A stretch of 64,000 nucleotides of DNA from Podarcis liolepis. Lineage: Eukaryota. The position numbers and the translations under genes were made by a program. This document shows positions 1-12,003 of the stretch, in pieces. The notes under the pieces are model-generated. The model made no database searches and was not told the DNA's origin. It worked only from the letters and a program-made list of their open reading frames with translations. How positions within the stretch are numbered: the stretch's first letter is position 1; every line of letters starts with the position of its first letter. The stretch is taken from the NCBI GenBank assembly GCA_965112155.1, contig OZ218099.1. One strand, written 5' to 3'.

Positions 1-95
1 TGAGGATGTGGGGGGGGGGGGAGAACCATGTATACGACCCTGAGCTCCTTGAAAGATAAAAGTGGTATAGAAATGTAATAAATGAATACATATAA
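1..95 (+). mobile_element. 3' end of a MIR/Ther1-like (Squam3-type) SINE cut by the window edge
   Basis: gagaaccatgtat...ctgagctccttg...ggtatagaaatgtaataaat resembles the 3' part of the copy at 25308-25533. Confidence 0.45.
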
Positions 96-344
96 ATGAA
101 ACTGTTAAGTAGCTGCACTGTAAGCCTGGTTTCACAATGGAATTAATATGTGAGCATACCAGCAAATTGAGTGTTCAGACTTGTCGTTCCTTGGTCTCTT
201 TATAGCAGGTCAGACTATTTATCCTTCTAGGTCTGTATTACCTAATCTGACTTGCAGTGACTCTCCAGAATTTCAGCCTTTGCCTTTTCCATCACCAGTT
301 ACAATATCATTTTAAGTGGCGTCTGAACCTGGAACCTTCTAAGC

Positions 345-602
345 CATGGGTGGAAAACTAAGGCCCAGGGGCCAGATCCAGCCCAGTCACTTTCTAAATC
401 CGGCCCCGGACTGGGTTACTTGTTGAGCCTGTCTGGTGTTTTTACATGAGTAGAATGTGTGATTTTATTTAAAATGCATTTCTGGGTTATTTGTGGGGCA
501 TAGGAATTTGTTCTTTTCCCCCCTCCAAAATATAGTCTGGTCCCCCATAAGGTCTGAGGGACAGTGGACCGGGCCCCCGCTGAAAAAGTTTGCTGACCCC
601 TG
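345..602 (+). mobile_element. Non-autonomous hAT (Charlie-like) MITE, copy 1
   Basis: Imperfect TIRs CATGGGTGGAAAACT...AGTTTGCTGACCCCTG; perfect 8-bp TSD TTCTAAGC (337-344 and 603-610); homologous to 38020-38297 and 56808-57060. Confidence 0.9.
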
Positions 603-1745
603 TTCTAAGCATTCAAAACATGTGATCTACCACTTAGTTACAGCATACATATTAGAGGTACATTTTCAGTTTTATCTTCTTTGTAAACTGCTTTGAGCTT
701 TTTTCTACACTTAAGCGGTATATAAATTTTATTTTTTAAAAATTATGGGTCAATTGTCACTTGTACAAGGAAGCAGGTTGTGTCCCCAGGTTTAGTTCTC
801 TGTGATTCCTCACTGACAAAAGTAAAGTATTGCACTTGGAGAGAATTTTGTAGTGGGGACTGACAGCGGGCATTGACATTCGTCCCCACTGTTAGGAATC
901 CAAGAGCTGGAGAAGCAGAACGTTTCTCTGTGCAGAGGGTAGAGATACACTGTGCATGTGCACACATGCACATGAGTAGAATATGCCTTCTTGCACACAA
1001 ACACTGCCCATCATAATGAGTGAGCCCAAGAACGTCAAAAATAGCTTCTTTAAATCAGGTAGTAGATCACCCCATATACAGGGTGCCAGTTGACAGAAGT
1101 TACTCTATAAATCATATAAGTGACTGGTTTCTTATTAAAATATTCCTCTTCCAAAGAATTATTGGGCTGGATGTGCTTTGCCATTGATCTTCTTCACACA
1201 CTATGAGATCGTTATAATTGGATTCCCGGGGCAAGATAGACATCTTGCTGGAATACCTCATTCTTCATTAACAATGTTCAAAGTTGTCTCGCTAGTAGGA
1301 TATGGGATGAGGTGTCAACCATTCTGACACTAATATAAATCTAAACAACTCCCAGGAAAGCAGTAGTGTTATGTTGGATTCACATGGCTGATCTTCTTCC
1401 ATATCCTGGTGACTTTTCCAGTCACCCCAGATAGCCCCATGTGAAAGATCTAATATGCAATCAGCATACCAAACATCAAGCATGCTCTTCTCATGGGTAA
1501 GAACTTTTCATAACACCAAGTTCCCATTTAAATCTCACTAAGGGTTGAGTGGAAAGTAGCTACATGAATTTACAGTTCAGGCCTCAAGCAAATCATGGCT
1601 ACCATGAGTGCAAAAGTGGTTGTGCAATGGTGGGCAATGGTGTCCACACATCTCTGGGCACCTTGAGCTTTAGCAGGCAAATGGCTGGAACTGTGGGTTT
1701 GCAAGGCTTGCCAAAAACCAGCCCTCTTGCTCCACAAACACTAGT

Positions 1746-1820
1746 TCTCCCATCCAAGTACTAACCAGGCCCAACCTGGTCAGGCAGGACTAGGTGCTTT
1801 CAGGGTACTGTGGCTATAGG
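1746..1820 (-). pseudogene. 5S rRNA-derived fragment (5S pseudogene or SINE3-type head)
   Basis: Reverse complement CCTATAGCCACAGTACCCTGAAAGCACC...GGGCCTGGTTAGTACTTGGATGGGAGA. The last 27 nt match vertebrate 5S rRNA as recalled; the internal box A region is deleted. Confidence 0.8.
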
Positions 1821-2221
1821 AAAAACACACGAGTTCTGCCTGTAGTACTATTTACCCCAGCTCCAGGGGGTTTTGTGGATTTCAGTCTATGAATTAAGAG
1901 CAAGAGCAGAGTCCAAGCTTCAGAAATTTCAGTCTTCAGACATTAGAATGATCTAGGTGATCATAACGTTTGAACAGCCATTCAGAGAAACAATAACAAT
2001 CTGTCATCCGTTCCTTCCTCCCAGCATGACTCTTATGAGTCAGGGGTTATTTTAACGAACTCATAATACTGGAGAACATGCTCTGTTGCTAATCCAAGGT
2101 AAATTGATGACAAGACCTCTTGACAGTCGTGAGACATAAAAGCCACCCCCCCCGGCTCCCATCCATTATTGTCAATACAGCCTTTTCAGTAACACTGCAC
2201 CCTTCTGAGGAACAAACTGAG

Positions 2222-2265
<44 letters not shown>
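2222..2265. repeat. Compound (CT)n(AT)n microsatellite
   Basis: Direct reading. Confidence 0.95.
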
Positions 2266-2266
<1 letters not shown>

Positions 2267-2986
2267 TCCTTCCTTCCTCCCTCTCCTCTCTTTCTCTCTT
2301 ACACACACACAAACACTAACCACAGTGAGACAAAGAGAAGTCGAGGCAACACTGTTTTACTTTATCCCACAGTAGTCAGTATCTCCCACTGAGTTAGAAG
2401 AGTCAAAATAAAGGAGCTTCAATCAAGAAGCCTGTTCAAAATGGGAGTGAAACATTCACCTACCCATTCCTGATACTGGGTTTGCTAATGCACTGAACAG
2501 ACAGCAGCTTCCTCTCCACGCCCTCCCCACCACCTCTGAACCACAAGCAACAACAGAAGCCCTTTCACTTTTCCACATATCTGTCAATGGCTCCCATTGA
2601 CTTCTGCAGAACAAAATTAATACAGCTCATGATAATACTGACGGGCAGTTCATTAGTTTCATCATAAACAAAGGAAGCCCATGTGAGAGGAGGAAGGCGT
2701 GAACCTTGCCATCCACTACAAGAAAGGAAATGAAAACAGGAAGATTAAATGTTTTGCAGATGAGCGGCTAAGGAAGCAACTAAATAAATAAAATTATCTG
2801 TGGAGCACTACTGCCAGTTGTGTTCTTTTCCTGTCTTTCTACAGAGCGTATTAGCCAGCTCTTCAGCAGGTTATATGGGAAAAGAGTAAGAAGTGTTTTC
2901 CATGGAGCACAAGTTCAAACATGGCCCCTTCCCCTGTAGGTTGGCCACTTGTGCACTCATATCTTGCACATGGTGTAATCCTACAG

Positions 2987-3572
2987 CAGGGGTGGGGAAA
3001 CTTTTTTAGCACAAGGGTGGCCTTCCCTCGTGGGCAGTCTTCTAGCAGCAACTTACTAGTGATAGCCAAGGCTCTGTGCAAAAGTGGGCAGGGCAGTAGA
3101 TGTGACTCTTCCAACAGGTTATGTTCCAGCCATGCCAAAGTCTGAGGTTGCTACACACAGCACAGCCATCTTCTCCACCCTCCAACCTCCTATATCAGAC
3201 AGAAGATATAGAAGCATGATTAGTCGCACCAACAGGGTAAAGAACAGCTTCTATCTGTGGGCTGTTAGGCTGCTGAATGAAAAGATAACAACAGGGCAAC
3301 TGACTTTCGGGTTTGGTGGGTGTGCGTCAGTAAACGAGGGGAATTAAGACTAAGAGAGCTGAGTGGGGGGTGCTCGTGTAATCTCACTGTATACAAGTTG
3401 TGCAAGTGACAATAAAGTATTTCAATTTTAGGCAAGCAAAAGGCATTAGCACAATTCAAGCACACGTTCCAGCTATGCAAAAGCACTCACTGGGAAAGGT
3501 GTGGTCAGGGGAAGTTCCCAGTGGCCAAACAGTGAAGTATTTGGCCCCCTGGCCTGAGTCTCTTCACTCCTG
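2987..3572. mobile_element. Old hAT-like MITE interrupted by a Rex1-like insertion
   Basis: Starts CAGGGGTGGGGAAACT and ends in ...cactcctg. The internal aggcaagcaa...cacgttccagc...aagcactca segment is shared with relics at about 24705-25050 and 36628-36950. Confidence 0.55.
3160..3428 (+). mobile_element. Rex1/Babar-type non-LTR retrotransposon 3' fragment
   Basis: Translates ...SDRRYRSMISRTNRVKNSFYLWAVRLLN, resembling the Rex1 ORF C-terminus (SGRRYRS...T.R...SF.P.A.RLLN). Ends with TGACAATAAA (3407-3416) and a short ttcaat tail. Confidence 0.7.
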
Positions 3573-4693
3573 CCGTATGAGCACCAAAAGTGGATAAGTA
3601 TGAGACATATCCTAATGTTTATACTATGAATCCCATATATTCCACAAAAGTTAGCCCTGACCGGTTACTGAGATGATTCACCTTTCAACATGGCCAGACG
3701 ATGCTTTCTAAAGTTTACAATCACTTTAGAGGCTGTGTTACTTAAGTGCTTTTTCTGCTTAACAGCGAACAGCTATCTTTAGCAATGTTACACTCGATAT
3801 AACATGGGTTGTTTTGATATGCTTTAACTCTGATTGCTTTGTCACCCTAATTGCTTAGTCTTGTAAAGAAAAGATCAGTACTAAACCTCGGGCATTGGAA
3901 TTTGCACATTTCGTTTATTGTAAATAATAAAACTTTGGACACAATCAGCATTTCTCTTACTAACAGAAAACATTAAATTCGGCTTAATTTTACAGCTGTA
4001 CAAATTGTAATGTGCTCAAGAGGGCGAATTAATGGTATTTAATTTGACCAGGTCAAAATTGAGCGTGCCTTGTCTTACATTTTTGCAGCTGCAGTCAGCA
4101 CCAAGTGCTTACGCAATGTGTGGGGTAAAAACAAAAATACTTTCGTTCTCAGGTTGAATGCACACACTAGATTAGGGATGCACAGCTTAGAGCACTCTGA
4201 AAGCCTCTTTTGCATTCATGTTAATTTAAGAAGGCTGTACTGCTTTGTCAGCTGCAGGGATGCATTTTTGACACATTTTTAGCCCAGCCTTTTCTTTTTA
4301 GCTCCTGGAACTCTCTCTTTCCCTCTCATTCTAGAGCTCCCTTTTTCCCTCTACACGTCAAAGCATCTGGTCTCCGGACCACCACAGATTTCTCTTCAGC
4401 GTCATCTCATCTGTATTCACTATTTCCTCCACGCTTATCTGCGTCCCACCTCTATTAGCCTATTTTGCACTCTCAACCCCATACCACTATGTGCCTGTCT
4501 CCTCCTTGCAGGACGGCTCAACACCTTTCTGTATTTAATCTTTTCTTTTTCTCTGGAGGGTGTAGTGGGGGCAGCCTATAGGTCCGCCTTACGGTCATCT
4601 GAGGCGAAGGGGGTTGCACCAGGCTGGGAAGTCTGAACACTGTCTGGTGATGTGCAATGGATCATGTCTGCTAGAAAAGAAGCGTTTCAGAGA

Positions 4694-4849
4694 GGCAGCT
4701 GTGGTAGTCAGTTGCGACAAAAACAGCAGCCTTGTGGCACTGTAGAGAATAAATTTATTGTGGCAGAGGCCTTTTGAAAGCCACAACACCACAAAACATG
4801 ACACAATAAATCTGTTAGTCCTTAAGGTGCCACAAGACTCTTTGTTGTT
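4694..4849. mobile_element. Penelope-like element relic with inverted-repeat (foldback) structure
   Basis: Left cttgtggcactgtagagaataaatttattgtg is an imperfect inverted repeat of right cacaataaatctgttagtccttaaggtgccacaag. Confidence 0.6.
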
Positions 4850-5390
4850 CACCTTTAATTTAGAACTGACAAATCATTAAGTGCTTATTTATTGTATGTA
4901 TTCTGCCCTTCTTCCAAGGAGATCAGAATTGTATTTTTACTTTACAGCAGCCTTGTGAGCAAGCTTAGGCTGGGATATTATTACTGTGTCTATCTTGGTA
5001 AAGCAGATTCCATGGACATCTCAGAAAGGTGCAAATTGTTCAGTACTGGCGGGAAGCAATGGCAGGATTACAGCTAAAATGAGGAGTTCCTGAAAAGAAA
5101 GGAGGTCAGTGGTAGACCTTTCAGGACCCTGGACAGAGCACACAAAGCAGACTATTTGTTCCAAGGAACATAAGGCACAACTGAGCCATTTTATGGTCCT
5201 GGACCCCTCAGCTGAGCCCTTTTGTGCTCCCCTTGCTGCCTAGTGGAGAACCTTAAAGGGGCAACTGTCAGGCCTGGAGCCTAGAAATCTGTTGTCTGTC
5301 CATCAGCTTGCATCGGGCACATTGCCTGGGTTGATGTATTAGCTCTGTGGAGGCAAATAGGTCAGCCCCTTGATAGTGCCAGGGTGGGGG

Positions 5391-5500
5391 TGTTTGTTTG
5401 TTTGTTTGTTTGTTTGTTTGTCTGTTTAATGTATTTATATCCTGTCTTTCTCCCAAGCTGGGACTCAAAGCTGCATGCAACTTTTAAAAAACATAGTCAT
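5391..5500 (-). mobile_element. L2-type 3' tail with (TTTG)n microsatellite
   Basis: (tttg)n at about 5391-5420 followed by tttatatcctgtctttctccc...actcaaagc, typical of reverse-oriented squamate L2/SINE 3' ends. Confidence 0.5.
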
Positions 5501-5510
5501 AAAATCTAAA

Positions 5511-5637
5511 ATAAAAAAATTCCTTCCAGTAGCACCTTAAAGACCAACTAAGTTAGTTCTTGGTATGAGCTTTCGTGTGCATGCACACTTCTTCAGATAC
5601 AGTGACTATGGCAGACCAACACGGCTACCTATCTGTA
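5511..5637. mobile_element. Short Penelope-like element
   Basis: ttccttccagtagcaccttaaagaccaactaag...gcatgcacacttcttcagatac...gcagaccaacacggctacc; flanked by the 12-bp direct repeat ATAAAATCTAAA (5499-5510 and 5638-5649). Confidence 0.7.
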
Positions 5638-7067
5638 ATAAAATCTAAAGTAATAAAAATAAAAACCTAGTTAAAAACAACAGCCAAATTAATTTAAATC
5701 ACATTTAGAATGAGCATTTAAATAATGCTGTAGTAACTGGAGATTCAGGGATCTCATGTGCCACGGCCTTCAGCATCTACATCTCTGTGTCTCTGTCTGA
5801 GTCACTGCTGGACAAAGGCCACACACGAGTGCCACAGCGGAGCAGAGATTTGGAGCAGGGCTTTCCAGATCTATAACCAATACTGTGGCTACTGTGGTGA
5901 ACTGGTTCTTAAAGCTGAAATATTAATTATTCTGGCATGGAAATGAATTCCCTCGGTATCATTGGAATTCGTGTTTTGAATAGATGTTCTTGGAATAATC
6001 CAGTCTATTCTAATTTACAGAGCTATTTGATGACTTTATGCACACACTCCATTGAAATGCCAATTGCTGATCACAAGCAGAAGAGGCTCTTGCACACATA
6101 TTCTGCTTGTGGGCTTCTCCTAGGTATCTGGCTGGCCAGTATGTGGACAGAAGATCCTCATCCAGCAGAACTCTTCTAATACTCTTCTTATCCTCCTTTC
6201 TTACTCAAAAGGCATCTACCAACAAAATCCATTCTTTTTTCAAGAACCACTTCCAATCCCAACTCCTTGTTCTGACTTTTTACCTCTCCCACTTCTCTCT
6301 TCTCAACTTCTGCTGCCACCAGACTCTGTTTTCATAGCAAGACAACTATGGATACGTACCTAGCCATAAAAGTACCAATAAGTGGGTAATAGTAAACCAG
6401 TAAGTGTTTCCTGATTTGTGAAAGGGGGCCATCATATATTTCAAATCAGGAACTTCAATTGCCCTCTATTGGGTTCCGGGGTTGTTGAATAAGAGAGCTA
6501 GCCTTTTAAAATGATAATTTCTACTCATATTGAAAGATGTTCAGCAATTCTTCTCACTTACAGAGTCCCACCATCTACTAATGACTTTCACTTACTGTAG
6601 TCCTATTTGGGCATTGTTGCTGCCGTGTTCATCAACACTGGAGGAGGGATGATGCCAAGTATCCCTGCCCTACTAGCCTTTGTGCAAAGAGCATGACTGT
6701 ATTCATGCACAAATGCTCTATTGCTACAGACAGTTGAAGACTAATGGCAGCTGGGTGCTTCCCCTCACCTGTGCAGACAAGCACAGAAGCAAGAACTGCC
6801 AAATAGAGAATGGACATATAATTTTCACTTCTTATTATTTCTCCTTGCTATCACTCATTTTTTTAAAAAAAGTTTGAAAAGGCTAGCAAGGGGATGGAGT
6901 CCTTACTTTTGTAGATGGGGTGCAACAGTCCTCTGCAAAGTCTAGAGAATAAATGCTTTGCCCTGTATAGATGCAGAGGCCCAGGCCAAGTGGAGAAGGG
7001 ATTGTGCTTAAGGTCATTTTGAGCATTTTAATTGCAGCAGGCAGGAAAACAGAAAGACTTATGTTGG

Positions 7068-7428
7068 GTAAAGGTAAAGGTACCCCTGACCATTAGGTCC
7101 AGTTGCAGTCGACTCTGGGGTTGCATGCTCATCTCGCTCTACAGGCCGAGGGAGCTGGCGTTCATCCGCAGACAGCTTCCGGGTCATGTGGCCAGCATGA
7201 CTAAACTGCTTCTGGTGAACCAGAGCAGTGCACGGAAACTCTGTTTACCTTCCCGCTGGAGCGGTACCTATTTATCTATTTGCACTTGACGTGCTTTCAA
7301 ACTGCTATGTGGGCAGGAGTTGGGACCGAACAACGGGAGCTCACCCTGTTGCAGAGATTCAAACCGCCGACCTTCTGATTGGCAAGCCCTAGGCTCTGTA
7401 GTTTAAACCACAGCGCCACCCATGTCCC
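7068..7428 (-). mobile_element. Full-length Sauria SINE (Squam1/POM-type)
   Basis: Reverse complement begins with the tRNA-like head GGGACATGGGTGGCGCTGTGGTTTAAAC... and ends in an (ACCTTT)n tail; TSD TTATGTTGG (7059-7067 and 7430-7438). Confidence 0.9.
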
Positions 7429-9104
7429 TTTATGTTGGATATGTGAATTTCTGAGCGGAAAAGGAGCCTGAAACCCATGTTATCCCTTTTTGTCAGGAAC
7501 ATCTGTTCTCAAATTTGTTGTCTAAGGTGTGTTGATTCTTAGTGGTTTGCAGCCATTTTACTTCAGATATGCACCTTCAATAAGGCTTCCTCCTTGCAGT
7601 GTGATTTTTAGTAATTCCCCTGGCTAGAAACGGCCGTAGTCGTAATGTTTACAATGCTAGCTGATATAAATTAATTCATCTCCACTGAAGTAACTGATAG
7701 GCGTTCAGGATCTGGCCAATGAAGTGTGGCAAAAAGGATGATTCATCAATCTCTGATTAATAATGCTTGTAACATTTATTGGAGTGAGATCTGGCATACA
7801 CTCGACATTAGACAGGAATATTACAAGCCCCCTTCTTCCTTAATTGATGTCGGCACTGCAATAATGTCAAAGCTGTTACAAAGGTACTATAGATCATCAT
7901 GTTGCTTCCAACTGTCCAAGAATAAATAAGGCATTTGGACAGTGAAATATCTTTAGTCTGCAAAATAGATAATTGCCATACTTTTAATTAAAAGTACTGT
8001 GTTAAGCCTGGTTTGAGTGATATCATTGAGCTAGGGTAAAAATTCACTAGTAGTAGCAGCTTGAGCACTTTAGATGTTCCTTTGTCAAGGTATAGGTGTG
8101 CAGTCTCCTGTCTTAAGATGGCACCCATTCAACTTGAAAGCAGGCTTACCATTTTCCACATGTGCCAGTTTCACAGTGAAGTTAACTTCTAATGCCAGGC
8201 CTTACCAAGATTCTGAAGCAGGTGATTTTTCCTACATGGAGTTGTGTGCATCTTGAAACAGAGGTGTGCACATAGTTGTCTTAAAAATTAATGCCAGAAG
8301 CAAAATTTGTGAGGCCTGCTTTGATCTCAAGTTACTTTTCTGCATAAATCTGCTCTCTCATAGCTGTCTTGCACTCAGTCCCTTTCAGATCTATTGTGCT
8401 ACACGTTCCCTATAAATAAACTCTTGTTTATAAAAGAGAACAGAAGAATGTATTTCCACCCCAAGCACACCACCCATGCTTTGAGTAGCTAACAGAACAA
8501 GGCTTTTGATGTACCGCACAGCTTCAGATACATAGCCTGCTTCAGCCTGATGCAAATTCACTTCTCTGTGGGCATCCAGTCCATATATGGAAGCTTTATG
8601 ATCAATTTGGGTTGACTGTAAAACTGAAGGAACCAGGTGTTTCTTCATACAAAGCCATTATTTGATTTTATATGGCCATATTGACTTGAGAAGATCCAGC
8701 TTTTTTCTTTCTTTTAAAATAACAGAAGTGATCCTAAGGGTCTGGTCCACGAAGCCACTTACTGCAGGGCACTCTTGTCAGATATCATACAAGTTTAGAA
8801 CAAAAATCTGCCATGAAACCTTTGGCTTAACTCATTTATTTACTTATAAAACTGTTCATAAGCTGTTTTGGGGAGCGTAGACTATCCAAGGCAGCTTATG
8901 TATCATTAAGAAAAATGCTAACTTTTAAAAAGTGACAGTTTAAAAGCAGCAGCACGACAAGTATCTTAAAAAGAGGCCAGTTAAAAAATAAAAGAGCAAA
9001 ATAGAAATGGAATAGGTCTTTTTAATCACAGGCTTAATTAAGAAAAGGCGGCTTGAATCTAATGGGGTTTAAGCCCCATTTAAACATTTGAAAAGTTGGG
9101 GCCA

Positions 9105-9372
9105 TTCTCTATCCACTTACCCAAACCTTGCATAGTTCTATACACCTCTATCATGTGTCTTCTTACTCACCTTTTCTCAAAACTAAAGCGGTGCAAATGT
9201 TGTAAACTTTCCTCATAGGGAACTTGCTACACCCCCTTGCTCATTTGGGTTTCTCTTTTCTGAACCTTTCCCAACTCTGTAGTGAGAAGATGCATACAGT
9301 ATTCCAGGTGCAGGTGCACACTAGATTTGCATAATAGCTTTATGATATTGGAAGTTTTGTTTTAAATTCCTT
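9105..9372 (-). mobile_element. Degenerate CR1 LINE ORF2 fragment
   Basis: Reverse strand shows CR1 C-terminal remnants (gaatactg...agagttgggaaaggttcagaaaagag...ccctatgaggaaag...gacacatgatagaggtgtatag). Confidence 0.7.
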
Positions 9373-12003
9373 TATGTTATGAGTGGATGCTCAAGTTCAG
9401 GCATGAGCAACCTGTGACCCTCCAGACAGTGTTGGGACTCCATCTCCCACTTCCCCAGACAGCGCTGCCCCCAATGGCCAAGGAAAATGAAATCTGTTGA
9501 CCACAGATCAACAAACCTGTGCGGGGGCCACAGGTTTCCCCATCACTGCTCTTGTGCTTACCATACCATCAATATAATAAATCCCCCTTACCCCAAATTG
9601 AAAAATAAGGCAATGGCAATAGTAGTTAAAAGTGGACAACAGTTCTTGTAAGTTTATTTATATAGAGAACTTTTGGGTCTGTAGATACACGTTTATCAAC
9701 CTGACCATGTGATCCTATGAGTTCATCAGTGACAGCTTCCATTTAAATGACCAGAACAAAGTTGGATATAAAGTAGGCCAAAGTAGGAAGCCTGTGCTTT
9801 GAACCAGATGCAGCCAGCTTGTGAATCGCCTGGCACTACAATGGGGATTTCTACCCTTTCCCAACCCCTGAAATTGCCTCTTGGGGTGTCAGGAGAACCC
9901 TCTCAGAACAGCCAGGGGAAATTATTTCCCCCAGCACATTTACCATAGCACAATGGTATAGTCTACCCTAGACAATCCCTGCAAGTGGGGGCAGGATGAG
10001 AAGTGGGGAGTTTCCAGTGGTAATTTGGTTTCAAAAATGGATGGGCCTTTTCTACACTAGTATTGGTGCAGGTGTTTCTCTTGTTTCAGAGATGGGGGAT
10101 ACAAATTAATTTTTATCAAGTATGACAGATTGCCTGAGGCTACCTATAAGTTGCAGTGAAAATGACACAGTGGATTTCAGTTTATCCCAAAGAAGGGGGG
10201 AAACCCATGTAATGCATGCTGGACAAAAAGCATATGGAAATAATTTGGGGGAAGGAGCCTTAGATCCTTTCAAAATCAATTGGGAAAGGCTGTAGAGCCA
10301 AGAGTGTTGTGTTGACATCACTTTATCCAGATGGCTGAGCCACGTCTGAGGGTACTTAGCAGATTGTGATACTTAGCTGCTCCAGGTGAATATCTCTTCA
10401 GTGCATTTACACTAAAGATTAAGTGTGTTTGTAGCATCTGCAAAACAAACTGCTTTGTTATACAAAATGGACTTGAGAGACATGATAGGTGTGGAAGAAC
10501 GTTTTAGAAAATAAACTGAATATAGGATAAGATGATATTTAAAATAAAGGAAACAGTATTTCAGTAGTTTAAACAGGCTGCTCACAAAAGATGTAAATAT
10601 ATTATTACAGAATATTATTAAATGATGTAGGAATAATATTACTATTCTTTCTACATCATTTCTCAATCCTGTGTGTCCCAGAGGCCATACAGTAGATTGG
10701 ATCTATCCCTCCAGCATCAGAGACACAGCAGAGATCCAGTGCTGGAGTCAACCAGGGCCAGCCCAGCCATTGGGTGGGATGAGGCCACTGCCTCAGGCAG
10801 CTGGAAGCCCCCAAGGTGGCACCCTCGTGGTGGAGAAGCAGCTCCCATGTCGGCAGTGGCAGGACAAGGCAGTACTTATTGTTTTGTCTCAAGTGGCGAA
10901 ATGAGACATGTCACCCCTGGAACCAACTTCTCTGACACACCTAGCTGTTCCAAAGCTCTGGCCCAATTGACATTGCTGCTCTTACATTGGAGGTGCCAAA
11001 AAATAGGTGTCCTAGGGGCATGTCATGGCTCCCAAGGCTTCCCAGTCATCTTGACATGCCTTCACACGTGGGTTTTCTCTCTTGTTTCCAATAGGAGGGA
11101 AAGCATCAAAACCATTAATTTTTTAACAGGCAAGCAGACAGAAGAATGCAAGATCATTCCTTCTTCCTCACTTGAACCTCCCCGGCTCAAATCTAGCAGG
11201 GCATAGGACAAGGCAGCTAAATCACCTTTGCATTTTGCTTTATCCCAACCTCCGTACAACTGCAGCCTTAGGAAACATTCATGCCAAGATGAAGGACCTG
11301 CAGAAGGCCTAAAGTTATGGCAGAGATTACTGTCTTGTCCAGATACCATCAGCTTACTTTCAGCAGTAGGACTTCACCTTATGGTCTAGGCCCATTCTCT
11401 GTTCCATGGAAACTGTTTTTAATATAGTCATTATTACAAGTAGCAGCTAAGAGGATGGGAATAACTTTAAATATTTAAGAAGCTTGTGTTCAGCAGTCAG
11501 GAAATGCATTCCCAAGGTTGCGAAGGGAGTTGAAGAGTTTATTAGTGGATTCATGGATGTAGCCACTTTTGCTTCCTGTATCATGTTCTTTTTCTGTCGA
11601 TCAGAGCTATAACAAAGCCCCTGTGATAATACAGTTTAAAACTATGAGCCTTTGATGATGTGCCCAACAGTGCAATAAGAGCTTAGTCCAATATCCTGAA
11701 CTTTTTCTTTTTCTTTTATGCCCACACTGCCCCTGAACTGATTTCAAATGGAAGTGAATCGGGCTGTGACTTTCTGAAGTTGCCAGAAGGTGGTCGCTTG
11801 TTCCGCAGAAATTTAACCACCCACTATGAACTACTTGCTGTTCTTTCTCATTGCTAATGCACAGCAGGTTAGAGTTAGGTGATCCAGAGCTCCAGCCTTA
11901 CTTTCAAGTAGCACTTACAAAAACGAAGCTCATGTCATGAATGGTTTTACATGAAGGGAACGCTAGATAAACGAGACTCACCTTTCTTCCTCTTCCCCCA
12001 CAG

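Noticed and set aside
10673-11206. 177-aa ORF
   Set aside because: No recognisable homology; overlaps a decayed DNA-transposon-like relic; no supporting splice structure.
11975-11983. Antisense splice donor (ggtgagtc) just before the first exon
   Set aside because: Better explained as the sense-strand branch point (ctcAc) of the 12004 acceptor.
1-12003. Alternative first exon of a short PDZRN3 isoform
   Set aside because: No convincing ATG-containing phase-0 exon or promoter-like CpG island was found by eye in this part of the intron.
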